Source: Octopus bimaculoides | Taxonomy: Eukaryota | Assembly (NCBI RefSeq): GCF_001194135.2 | Contig: NC_068981.1 | Coordinates: forward strand, 5,800,208 to 5,845,888 | Direction: 5' to 3' | DNA length: 45,681 nucleotides | Shown here: positions 9,919 to 19,985 of the stretch, piece by piece | How positions within the stretch are numbered: position 1 is the stretch's first letter | Layout of the letters: each line of letters opens with the position of its first letter | Position numbers and translations under genes: made by a program | Notes under the pieces: generated by a model | Databases searched by the model: none | What the model was told of the DNA's origin: nothing | What the model saw: the letters and a program-made list of their open reading frames with translations, nothing else

Positions 9919-9956
9919 TTCCTGATGTTTCGGACGTTAGTCCTTCATCAGAAGAA
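9919..9956 (-). ncRNA. Minimal type-I hammerhead ribozyme motif, one substitution from canonical
   Basis: rc: ttctt-CTGATGA-a-GGAC-taac-GTCC-GAAA-C-ATC-aggaa. Stem I is 5 bp and stem II is 4 bp. GAAACATC differs from canonical GAAACGTC by a CpG-type G>A. Confidence 0.6.
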
Positions 9957-10019
9957 AGATAAAAGCATAGGTGGGATGAGAAAGAGGAATAGTCAGAGAG
10001 TATAAGAGAGAGAGAGAGT

Positions 10020-10055
<36 letters not shown>

Positions 10056-10091
10056 GAACGAGGGGGTGAGGAGCCAGATGGAAATGTGATT

Positions 10092-10285
10092 ACATTCTTT
10101 TCTTTTATTCTTTTACTTGTTTCACTCATTAGACTGCGGCCATGCTGGGGCACCAACTCGAACGAATCGACTTCAGTCATTTTTTTAAAGCCCGGGACTT
10201 ATTCTACCGTTCTATTTCGCCGAACTGCTAAGTTACGGGGATGGAAACACACCCAACAATGGTTGTCAAACGGAGGTAGGACGGA
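10092..10285 (-). mobile_element. SINE family B 3' half
   Basis: ttcttttacttgtttcactcattagactgcggccatgctggggcacc matches the B tail in reverse. Confidence 0.8.
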
Positions 10286-11447
10286 TACTACCTTGTCTCT
10301 GTTTCTTTTATTTCACTGTGTGTCTGTCTCTGTGTTCTTTTACTCATTTCCTGCATTCATCCTGCACCTTTTATGTTAACTCCCTATCTCTCTTCTATTC
10401 TCTCTCCCCCTCTCTTTAAACCATGTAAAGCGTTGAATGGAGAAATTAACCGACCGACCGACCCACCAACCAACATTTTTTAAAATTAGATTATCGCAAG
10501 TGTGTTTGTTGGTGGCACTGTGGTTGACTGGGTGAGTTACTGAATGAAAATGAATTTCTTTGGCTGCGCGTAGAAGTAACTAGCAACATTCGTGAACAAT
10601 TAACAGAAGATTTTATTGTTATGTTGGTCTTTTACAGATGCTAACAACAATAATTATATAGTGGGAAAGACATACTGCTTCGGATTTACGACAAGTTAAC
10701 TGATACATCAATCTGTGGTTGGCTCAACATAAATGGAAAATAATTGTGTTATATTCGTGGCGATGGAGATTCCTGTCAATCATCCGTCTTCTGTCTTTAC
10801 ATTCTGGCTGTGGCAAGAATGGAGACACAAAGCACAGCTGTCCCAACACTCTGCAATCTGTCTTAACCATCTGCGTGGGCTGATTGGCTAGAGTGGAGGA
10901 ACAGGTCGCTGAGCCGCCTTCCAACACTCTACATGGCAAAAGGTGAGACGTATGAATGATCGACCGGCCTCAACGGTCTGCGTGGGTCGCTGAGTGGAGG
11001 TGTATATCGCTCAGCCGCCTTCCAACACTGCAATAAATTAACGCCAAAACGGTTTTTTTTATAAGACACAAGAAGATTCTTGAAGATTGATTCATATAAC
11101 GGCTTGACGCTGATTAGTTGCTTAATAGGCCGATCCTGTGAAACTGCTGTGGTTTGATTGTGATGTCTGATCGGTTACCTATTGGTTCAGTTTCGAATCA
11201 CCGCTACAAAATATATGCTCGAGTTACATAACAGATAACGTTGGAAGTATACTTTTGCCATCATGGGTAATACCAGAGAGTTTTGGGGGGCTTATAGGAA
11301 TTGATGAAAATAATAGTTTTCAAAAAAAAAATATCTATTACCTTAAAGTCAAATAAAACAATTTTCTCATTTGTACAACCCCCAGGCCATAATCACTTAT
11401 TTACTCCTCCTTCTCTGACTCCGCGATTCTTTGTATCTCCTATCTAC

Positions 11448-11478
<31 letters not shown>

Positions 11479-11649
11479 TCTAGTCTTTCTTTACTCATTG
11501 CCTGCCACCAAGCCTAGTATGCGCATTCACCTTGCACATCTTATGCTAACTTTCCCTGTCTGTCCGTCTCTCCCTCTCTTAATATAATGTAAAGTAGAAA
11601 ATAAAATAATTTTTTTTAGAAACTCAACGTTTGTAGCGATTGTTAAGAT

Positions 11650-11865
11650 ATAGAGCTGGCAGAAACGTTAGCACGCCGGGCGAAATGCTTAGCGGTATTT
11701 CGTCTGCCGCTACGTTCTGAGTTCAAATTCCGCCGAGGTCGATTTTGCCTTTCATCCTTTCGGGGTCGATAAATTAAGTACCAGTTGCATACTGGCGTCG
11801 ATCTAATCGACTGGCCCACCCTCCCCTAAAATTTCGGGCCTTGTGCCTAGAGTAGAAAAAATTAT
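11650..11865 (+). mobile_element. SINE family A, near-consensus full length
   Basis: A-box-like tggcagaaacgttagc and B-box-like gagttcaaattcc. Central gtcgattttgcctttcatcctttcggggtcgataaattaagtaccag resembles, from memory, the Meta-domain of MetaSINE-type elements. Tail is ggccttgtgcctagagtagaaaa. Confidence 0.92.
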
Positions 11866-11904
11866 GCTCATCATGTCTTCTTTCACACTTAAATCTTTGG
11901 ATTT

Positions 11905-12155
11905 TGCACGAGATATTTTGTTTATTCTTTCTCAGGCGTCGTTCTTTTCCAATATCGCATTCATCTTGTTGTTCCAGCTCAGCTGCAAGTGATTCGCTGT
12001 TCAATGATTCTTCGCAGCTTGAAATGTCTTTAAATCACAAACGACATCGTGAAAGTTCATGTTATGATCTTTGAGTCGTTTTTCAACACAGTCAATCCGA
12101 ACAAGAATTTTATTAAAAAATCCAAGCGAAAGCCAAGAAATCAAGCCAAAATTTG
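11905..12155 (-). pseudogene. hAT (ZMYM1-like) transposase fragment
   Basis: LGFFNKILVRIDCVEKRLKDHNMNFHDVVCDLK, then after a frameshift SESLAAELEQQDECDIGKERRLRKNK. This resembles the hAT segment F(W)NKILxRIDxVQKRLQDxxMNF...ERRxRRKK. Confidence 0.55.
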
Positions 12156-12580
12156 GAACTTGTCTTACATTTACCTCGCATAAAAGAATGTTCTGTAGAC
12201 GTACTTTTGGCAATCCTTCGGTATTGGTAGACGACGTCATTCCCTCACACAACCTTTTCTCATGACATAGATAGCTTGGCTAAAAAAGAGGGTGACACTG
12301 TAGACCAATACCGAAAGGGAGATATTGTTTTTAAAAAATGTTAGCAATATACTCATACACACAAACACATGCATAGACCTGTACAAACACCCCTTTAAAC
12401 GTCGGAAAAGCTTAATGTATTTTATCTTTTCTGGGAAACATTTAAAATAGTTAATTAAATATTTTTTTATCTCCAGATTCTTATTCAGAATTAAATCTTT
12501 CACAAAATGGATTTGTTGTTTCGCTTTTACATACGTCTCTTCTGATCTATCTTCCTGTCCGTCTGTCTATCCGTCTCTCT

Positions 12581-12581
12581 G

Positions 12582-12637
<56 letters not shown>
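12581..12637. repeat. (CTAT)n microsatellite
   Basis: Tandem tetranucleotide seen directly. Confidence 0.95.
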
Positions 12638-12819
12638 CCGATCGATCGATCTATCTGTGTGTCTGTCTATCTACACAGACACAAATTTGCATACACACAT
12701 ACACATACACAAACTCGCATACATACACACATATATATACATACACATAAGTAAATAAACATACATATGTAACGATTAAATGTAGCAAGGAGCGACCAAA
12801 ATTGTAACAATTTATATGT

Positions 12820-13003
12820 AGCGATATTTCGCCCGTCGCTACTGCGTTCTGAGTTCAAATTCCGCCGAGGGCGACTTTGCCTTTCATCCTTTCGGTGGAG
12901 GTGGGGAGGCGATAAATTAAGTACAAGCTATACACTGAGTTGATGTAATCGACTAGTACCCTTCCCCAAAATTTCAGGACGTGTGTCTATAGTAGAAAGG
13001 ATT
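12820..13003 (+). mobile_element. SINE family A, 5'-truncated, with a G-rich insertion in the core
   Basis: gttctgagttcaaattccgccgagggcgactttgcctttcatcctttcgg[tggaggtggggaggc]gataaattaagtac. Confidence 0.85.
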
Positions 13004-13574
13004 TCTATGTAGCAAATAAATGAACGGAAGAAAATATATAATTAGTTGAAATGGCCCTTTATTTTCATCGTTACAATGTAAGATACAACTTCTTCGGGTT
13101 GTTGTTATGCAGAGAATATTTGCCGTTCTGTTATTCATTCTGTGGGTAAATTCATCGTTTGTTAACTGCGAGAAGAACGGATGAAAGAGAGGGGAAACGA
13201 ATAAGAGAGTCTACATCACTTTGTTGACAAGTAGAAAGAGTGAAAGTTGTGTACTCGCGCCATACGTGAAGTGCTCCTTTGGCCAGGGACCAAGCGAAGA
13301 GAGGTAGAATCGAACTTGGTTACTGTATTTATATATGTTGGAAAGCTGGATGTAGGTCAGAGAACAATGAGAAGTGATGGGTTTATTTGTTGAACTGTAA
13401 CCCAAGAATGTTTACTGAAACAATAAAACTTAACCAGTTGACAGTTGACTCATAAATTTCTAAGTGAAAAAGTCGAGAACAGGAAGGGAACTTGCAGAAA
13501 AATGCAGGTTAGGGTTCGAATTTTGGGCAAGAATCTAGGAAACTACCCGTTACACATGCATACATGCATACATA

Positions 13575-13830
13575 CATATTCATACCAATAATAATTGGAG
13601 AACTAGGTTTTGTTAGCAAATGCTTAAAGGAGAATCTGGATAAACTGGGATTTTCAGAAAGAGAAATTGACCGGCTGATTCGTACATTACAAGTGCAATC
13701 TGTGAATGGAACAGTAAAAATATGCAAGACTTTTCTCAAGTTCCAAATGTGAATTAGTCTGTGTTAACTACATCCCAAAGATGGAGCCTTGTATCTTTGT
13801 TGGAAACCGGTTCCCTCCTCAGTGGAAGAT
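13575..13830 (+). mobile_element. 3' end of an RLE-type non-LTR retrotransposon (R4/Dong/NeSL-like), copy 1
   Basis: FIPIIIGELGFVSKCLKENLDKLGFSEREIDRLIRTLQVQSVNGTVKICKTFLKF is the C-terminal PxIIGxLG segment that follows the restriction-like endonuclease. A short 3' UTR follows. Confidence 0.75.
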
Positions 13831-13849
13831 TTATAATAATTTAAAAATA

Positions 13850-14297
13850 GAAGAGACATACATACAGAAAATATCTACGCTGAACTACTGAGAAATTTGC
13901 AGTTACTCTATCCAGATTACAAGTTCAGGTTTATACCTGTAATTATTGGGGCATTGGGATGTGTAACACCCTGCCTAAATACCAATCTTGAGAAATTAGG
14001 CTCCTCAAAACCAGAAAGGAGAAAGCTGATTCGAAGACTGCAGATCCAGTCCATCAGTGGAACTGTAAAAATCTGTAAAACTTTCCAGAAGTTTATTATT
14101 CAAATATATATATGAGCATGTCTAGATATGTAACTATATGCATGAGAATACATGCATAAAAGAAAACATACAAACCTGCATATATACATACAAAAATAAC
14201 CTGTTGATGTTGTTGAAATTCCAATGAAGGAGCCTTAGATCTGGGTTAGAAACCGGCTCTTTCTCTATTGACAAGACATCTTGAAATAAAACAATGA
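13850..14297 (+). mobile_element. 3' end of an RLE-type non-LTR retrotransposon, copy 2 (diverged subfamily)
   Basis: ENIYAELLRNLQLLYPDYKFRFIPVIIGALG...GTVKICKTFQKF, then a longer 3' UTR ending gaaataaaac next to (CA)n. Confidence 0.8.
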
Positions 14298-14714
14298 CAC
14301 ACACACGCGTGCGCACACGCACACACGTACGTACACACATACATATTCGTACATCATTATGATCTTGAACAAATGTCAACTTTGGATGAATCAACTAAAC
14401 ACACATAAATGCTACAGCAGACGACACTTGGGAATTTAATCTTTATGATAGCTGAGAGCGCGTGTGTGAAAGTTAATGTGGAAGTCTTGTATATTCTAAG
14501 TTCCACTTAGAGATTGTCTTCGTAATGTACGTTTTGCATGACTGATTTCTTTTTCTGGAAATCCTAGCTTATCCAGATTGTCACAAAGGCATTTACTCAC
14601 AAAATGCACCAGTTATTATTGGTATAAAAGTGTGAATTTATAATCCGGGTGTAGAAGCTGGAGATTTGAAGCAGTTGTCCATAGTTATCCTCTCGTTCTT
14701 GTATGTCCCAGTAC

Positions 14715-14746
<32 letters not shown>

Positions 14747-14749
14747 ATG

Positions 14750-14914
14750 CAGGGCCGGCTCAAGGTACCGGCAACTCGGGCAGTCGTCCGGGGCGCCGTA
14801 TGCTAGAGGGCGCCAAAGAGGACGTAACAAAGACAAGGAAATTTCCATAACTGTCAGCTTGTACACGTCGAAGTTCGGCTTGCTCCAGCGCCAGCAACCC
14901 TAGGGTCGGCCCTG
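14750..14914. mobile_element. 165-bp hAT-Tip100 (MER45-like) MITE
   Basis: Termini cagggccggctcaagg / cctagggtcggccctg. Flanking 8-mers tatgtatg / cgtgtatg (6/8) lie within a microsatellite. Confidence 0.7.
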
Positions 14915-15584
14915 CGTGTATGTATGTATGTATGACTTGTGCGCACGCACACACACACACACACACACAATCAAGCACGTCCACACCGCACGCATACGCG
15001 CGCGCGCACACACACACACACTGGAAGGTTAGCGACATCAAATCCTTGAAAAACATCTGTACAAAAAAAAACAATAAACAAAGAAAAAGAAACCACAATG
15101 ACGTCAGTTCACGTCTGTACCCGGTTTAGTTTCGCCGGTTTAAGCGATGTTAACTTTTTTTCAGATTACACTGTAGAATCGGACGGAATTGCAGACAGAC
15201 CGATAATTCCATAAATTAGATTATATAAGATGCAATCATATTATGTTTTACCCTCATCTGTCTCTCTCAAAATATCAGTTACTATGTTAGAATTATTGTT
15301 ATCTTGATGCTTTCTCTTCCGCTGGTTTCTATTTATTACTCGTCACTTCGTCTATCTCCCTTCCTTCCTTACAATAACTTTATTGCTCCTCTTTTATTTT
15401 GTTTCATCTTATTTTTACGATGTTTCTTTCTCATCTGCAGCTTAATGAGAATGCATGCTATACGGGTTGTAACGAAAGAAATGCAAAACTGGGTTTAACC
15501 GCTTTTAACTGACATGTATGTCGTCCAAATTACCCGAGTCGGTAAAGCCACTTTTCCTTCATAATAACTCTTCTTCCTGTAAAA

Positions 15585-15890
15585 GGTGAGTGGCTTAGTG
15601 GTTAGGGTACTGCTGGGTTCGATTACCAGCAGTGCGTTGTGTCGTCCTTCAGCAAAACACTTTTATTTCACGTTGCTGCAGTCCACTCAGTGAGTTGTAC
15701 CTGTAATTCAAAGGAACCAGCCTTGTTACATTCTGTGTCACGCTGGATTTCCCTGAGAACTATGTTAAGGGTACATGCGTGAGTGTGGAGTGTTCAGCCG
15801 CTTGCACATGAATTTCACGAGTAGGCTGTTCCGTTGTTCGGACCAACTGGAATTTTCGGCGTCGTAACAGATAGAATGCCAGTAACAATT
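15585..15890 (+). mobile_element. SINE family D copy
   Basis: ggtgagtggcttagtggttagggt...ggttcgatt, then cagcaaaacacttttatttcacgttgctgcagtccactcag, with tail gcacatgaatttcacgagtaggctgttccgttg. Confidence 0.85.
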
Positions 15891-15947
15891 CTTCGTGTCT
15901 TTTTTTTTTCCTCCTTTTTTTTTTTTTTTGCAAGTAACTGGCATCCA

Positions 15948-17000
15948 TACAGAAACAACGTGCTGTTAGTGTGTTTTTGATGAAGGCGGAGTGCAAGCTG
16001 TTTAGCAACCACAAAAGACTACAGGTTGTTTACGGAAATGACACCGTGGACAAGAACAATGTTTATAGACGGACGAAGAAGTTGAAAGTAGAAGGAAACC
16101 AATATTGAAGACAAACGATGCAATGGGAACTCATCAACTGCGACGACTCACATGAATCATCAGGGAGTGGACTAATTGATCCGCATGGACAGACAAGTTA
16201 CTGACCGTGAATTTGCTGCACAACTAGACTGTGGTCACAATGTATTACAACAGATGGTAGAAGATTTTGAATATCAGAAAGCGCGTGGAGAATGGACATC
16301 TCGGTAGCTTAAACACAATTTTTAAGAAAGAAAGGGTGGACATCTACTTTGATCTGCTGGAAGCGTTTAAAGCCAATGGCAGAGAATGAGATGTGCTTAT
16401 ATCTCTATGATCCGGAAACGAAGGTCCAGGGCATGGAATGTTATCACACCACTTCTCCAACAGCTAAGAGGTTCAAGGACCAGCGACCGCACAGAAAGTT
16501 ATGGTTACTATTTAGGGTATAACAAGGGCGTTATTCGCTTTGGTTTTCAGAAATGTCGTTGTGCCGTAAACAGTATGTGGTACATTGAAATATAAGAAAG
16601 AAAAGAAGAAAGAAAAACCATTTGGAGAAAGAGACCACACAAAAATCTGGCAAAGATCCGCAGTTACCATGACAATGCACAAAATCTTTAGCACATAAAT
16701 TTGGTAACAAATCAGACAATCGACAGATTGGTCTGGTCAGTGGTTCCCCATCCACCATAGTGCCTAGACCTAGCGCCCTTTGACTTCTGTCTCTTCAGTT
16801 CAATGGAAGACAGTCTTCGAGGACAATTCGATGACACAGACGAGGTGAAAGTGACTGTGAAGAAATGGTTGCAACTGTTGTGAGAATGGTTTTGTCGCCA
16901 TTGTTGTGGGTTTGCTTGTTAACGTGTGTTGTATTGTTAAATACTGTCGTTGTGTAGTCTTGATGGCTGCGTGTATAATAAATGAAGCACACACTCACGA
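15948..17000 (+). pseudogene. Decayed mariner (SETMAR/DD34D-like) transposase
   Basis: Fragments QRAVSVFLMK...VYGNDTVD, YDPETKVQGMECYHTTSP, HDNAQ, and HPP*CLDLAPFDFCLF...FDDTDEVKVTVKKWL, with many stops and frameshifts. Confidence 0.85.
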
Positions 17001-18033
17001 AATTCTAACGTATTTATTGCTGGACATGATTTACTGTGTTGTCTGTTTACAAAAGAAAGATGCTGATGATATAACCGCCAATTGAGAAGGGGGAACCGTG
17101 CTGTGTTTTGCAGAAGGCTAGCTATGGTACATCGTGTGTGGGTGTCCGAAGTAGTCTCTTGTTCGAGGTGGTCTGCCCGAGTGCCTCAAGCGATATAATC
17201 TTAGCGCTCTGCCTTCTGTGAATACCCAATATTATCTACGCGAATGCAGTGGTCTGACGGGATCGTCTGGCCGAGTCAGGCACCAAACAATTTTCATGGG
17301 GTGAAAAATGTGGGGAATTTTAGATCATCTGAGGAGCCATATCACGCCACAGTTTCACACTTCTTGATCGATTTGAAGATCAATCACGTGAAACTGTGGT
17401 GGCTCATCCGTTATCTCTAACTGAATACCTTGCAGTTAGTGTTCGAATCCCTGCACAATAGTGCATACCTAATTTTTTTCAGAGAGGATTCGAGAGTTAG
17501 GTTCAACGATGGCACTAATGCATCTTGTGACGGAGATTATGATAAGCAGTACCGTTGTATAGAGAAATAGTTTTTCTATCGCCATGTGCAATATGAAGGA
17601 TCCACGTCAGTTATTAAAAGACAAATCTCACCATAATTTTGTATTACTCTCACTTCATCCCTCCTGTAAATAAGTGAGGTCGATAGACTGCGTCACTCCT
17701 TTCAGACTGGTGAGCCTGGAACAGCCAATACCCAGCCTGAGGTGTTTGGTAACGTCCACTCAAAGTACACAAGGTCCAGGGGCTGGGGTTAAACCAGATG
17801 ATGTGGGTCACACCTAATCGTTAACCAGACTATTTACGTACCGTACCTCTGCATGATCAGAATTGGCCTAGAATCATACAAAAATTGCTCGTTAAGTGTT
17901 TATATTTGTTGTTGCTGTTGTAATTTCTTTCCAGCATTCCGAATGACTTAAATATGTCTTTTAATATGTAATCAACCACATCGCTTAACACAAATGATGT
18001 GTGTGTTATGTGCGTGTTTGTGTTGTGTGTATA

Positions 18034-18511
18034 CGAGGTCTGACCAATAAGTATCCGGACTGTTGCCATAGTAACGAAGCTAAAGTTCAGTCCATTATCA
18101 CTGAAGATTTGGCTATGAGATGCGTGCCTGCCAAGTTTGTGCCAAAACTGCTTTCAGCTGACCCAAAAAGACACTGGAGTTTCTGTTGCACAAGATCTCC
18201 TCGACTGTGTCGAGAACGATGAAAGCTTTTTGAAAATTTTGCATAGGCCTCTGAGCAGGCATTGCCAAGCTTTTGGTAAAATTTGATGCAGATTCTCTGC
18301 TCAACTTTCTCTGTCATGGTCAATGCGACGACCACACGTTACACACCTTCCTTCCAAACACTGCTGTAAACAACAGAAGTGAGCTAGAACGTTAAAACTT
18401 AGTGCGCATGCACAGCAGAGTTCAAAGTCAATCTGTGCCAAGCGGCTTCACTCTGCGTGCTTTAGCTTTGTTACTATAGCAACAGCCCGTATACCTATTG
18501 ATCAGACCACG
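18034..18511. mobile_element. 478-bp rearranged non-autonomous mariner element
   Basis: About 52-bp imperfect TIRs (cgaggtctgaccaataagtatccggactgttgccatagtaacgaagctaaag), with TA on the left and CA on the right. Internal transposase fragments are present on both strands. Confidence 0.85.
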
Positions 18512-18834
18512 CATGTATTTATATGTGTGTATGTAGTTTCCGTCATCTAGTAAGGTGAAGACTTTGTCCAAGATTCTCCACAGGGTCTGCGAGACAGGTG
18601 GAAACAAAGGAAGGAGGAAAATATCCTCAAACCGGAGAGCTGGGATCAAATGGTGACAACAAACTGAACTCCTTCTCTAAAGGAACCTCAGGTACCAAAT
18701 GGTGGTGTTGAAACTCGACGACAAACTAAGTAGTCTACTCCCGCTTCTACGTGTAGGCCATGGCTGGATTTGAGCTTCGAATCAAAGGGCTGAAACAAAC
18801 ATCACAAGACATCTGGTTTGACGTTCTTTAAGGT

Positions 18835-18995
18835 TCTACCAATTCACAGACCTGGCCTGGTAGTTTTTTAATCGACTCCGAAAGAATGAAGGACAAAACT
18901 GATCTCAGCTGGATTTGACCCCAGAGGGCAGAGAGTCGAACAAATAACATTAAGTATCACTTTGTCCAATGTAACAACTCCGCCAGTTCACCTCT
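18835..18995 (-). mobile_element. SINE family A, degraded
   Basis: atcgactccgaaagaatgaaggacaaaactgatctcagctggatttgac...ctccgccagttcacc. Confidence 0.6.
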
Positions 18996-19022
18996 CTCCT
19001 CGCCCTTGTTCTCCCTCTTTCT

Positions 19023-19075
19023 ATGTATGTATGTATGTATGTATGTATGTATGTATGTATGTATGTATGTATGTT
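19023..19075. repeat. (TATG)n microsatellite
   Basis: Tandem tetranucleotide seen directly. Confidence 0.95.
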
Positions 19076-19400
19076 TGTATGTCCTCTTCTGCTTTTAATT
19101 ATTTGAAATCTTCTTGTTAAGTAAGGAGATAGTTTCTAATGAAGATAAAAAAAAACTCCGTTGTTGGAATGTTGATAGCAAAACCAAATTCACATTTTGA
19201 ACTTGAAAAAAGTCTTGCATATTTTTATTGTTCCACTTACAAATTGTATTTGTAGTGTGCGTATTAGATGGTTGATTTCTTTTTCTGAAAACAACTTATT
19301 TATCCAAATTGTCACTTAGACATTTGCTTACTATGTTTCAAAATGACACAAAAAAAAAAAAGACAGACAGACAGGTGAGAGAACAACATGCAAGGTGTAT

Positions 19401-19626
19401 AAAGCGGGGAGCTGGCAGAATCGTTAGCACGCCGGGCGAAATGCTTAGCGGCATTTCGTCTGTCATTACGTTCTGAGTTCAAATTCCACCGAGATCGACT
19501 TTGCCTTTCATCTTTTCGGCGTCGATAAATTAAGTAAATTAAGTACCAGTTGCATACTGGAGTCGATCTAATCGACAGGCCCTCTCCCACAAAATTTCGG
19601 GCATTGTACCTAGAGTAGAAAAGAAT
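19401..19626 (+). mobile_element. SINE family A, full length, with 13-bp TSD
   Basis: Perfect TSD atgcaaggtgtat at 19388-19400 and 19627-19639, plus an internal 9-bp duplication aaattaagt. Confidence 0.95.
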
Positions 19627-19847
19627 ATGCAAGGTGTATTAGTTTGGCGCTCGGGAAAAAATGGGAGAAATTTTTGACGTTTCGGGCCTACGCTCTTCTA
19701 TAGAAAGGAATGAACGAAGAGAGAAAACAGATGGAGAGAGAGAGAGAGAGAGAGAGATAGAGAGAAAACATGTCTGGATAAACGATGTCTGTTGTCCCTA
19801 TATATGTTTATATGTGTATGTGTGTGTGTGTGTGTGGTTAGGTGGAC

Positions 19848-19985
19848 ACAGGCATAGCTGACTAGTTATGAAGCTTGCTTCTCAGCCCTAAGGTTCTCGG
19901 TTCGAACCTGCTACATGACATCCGGTACGTCCGTCATTTTCTACTGCCTTGGGTCGACCAATACCTTGTGAGTTCGTGTAGAGGT
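19848..19985 (+). mobile_element. SINE family B 5' part, degraded
   Basis: gaagcttgcttctcagcc...ggttcgaacc...ttgggtcgaccaataccttgtgagt. Confidence 0.55.

Noticed and set aside
15128-15512. Degenerate TIR pair defining a DNA transposon
   Set aside because: The match is short and gapped, with no TSD.
15581-15592. Splice donor AAG|GTGAGT marking an exon
   Set aside because: It coincides with the SINE D head, and there is no convincing upstream acceptor or ORF.
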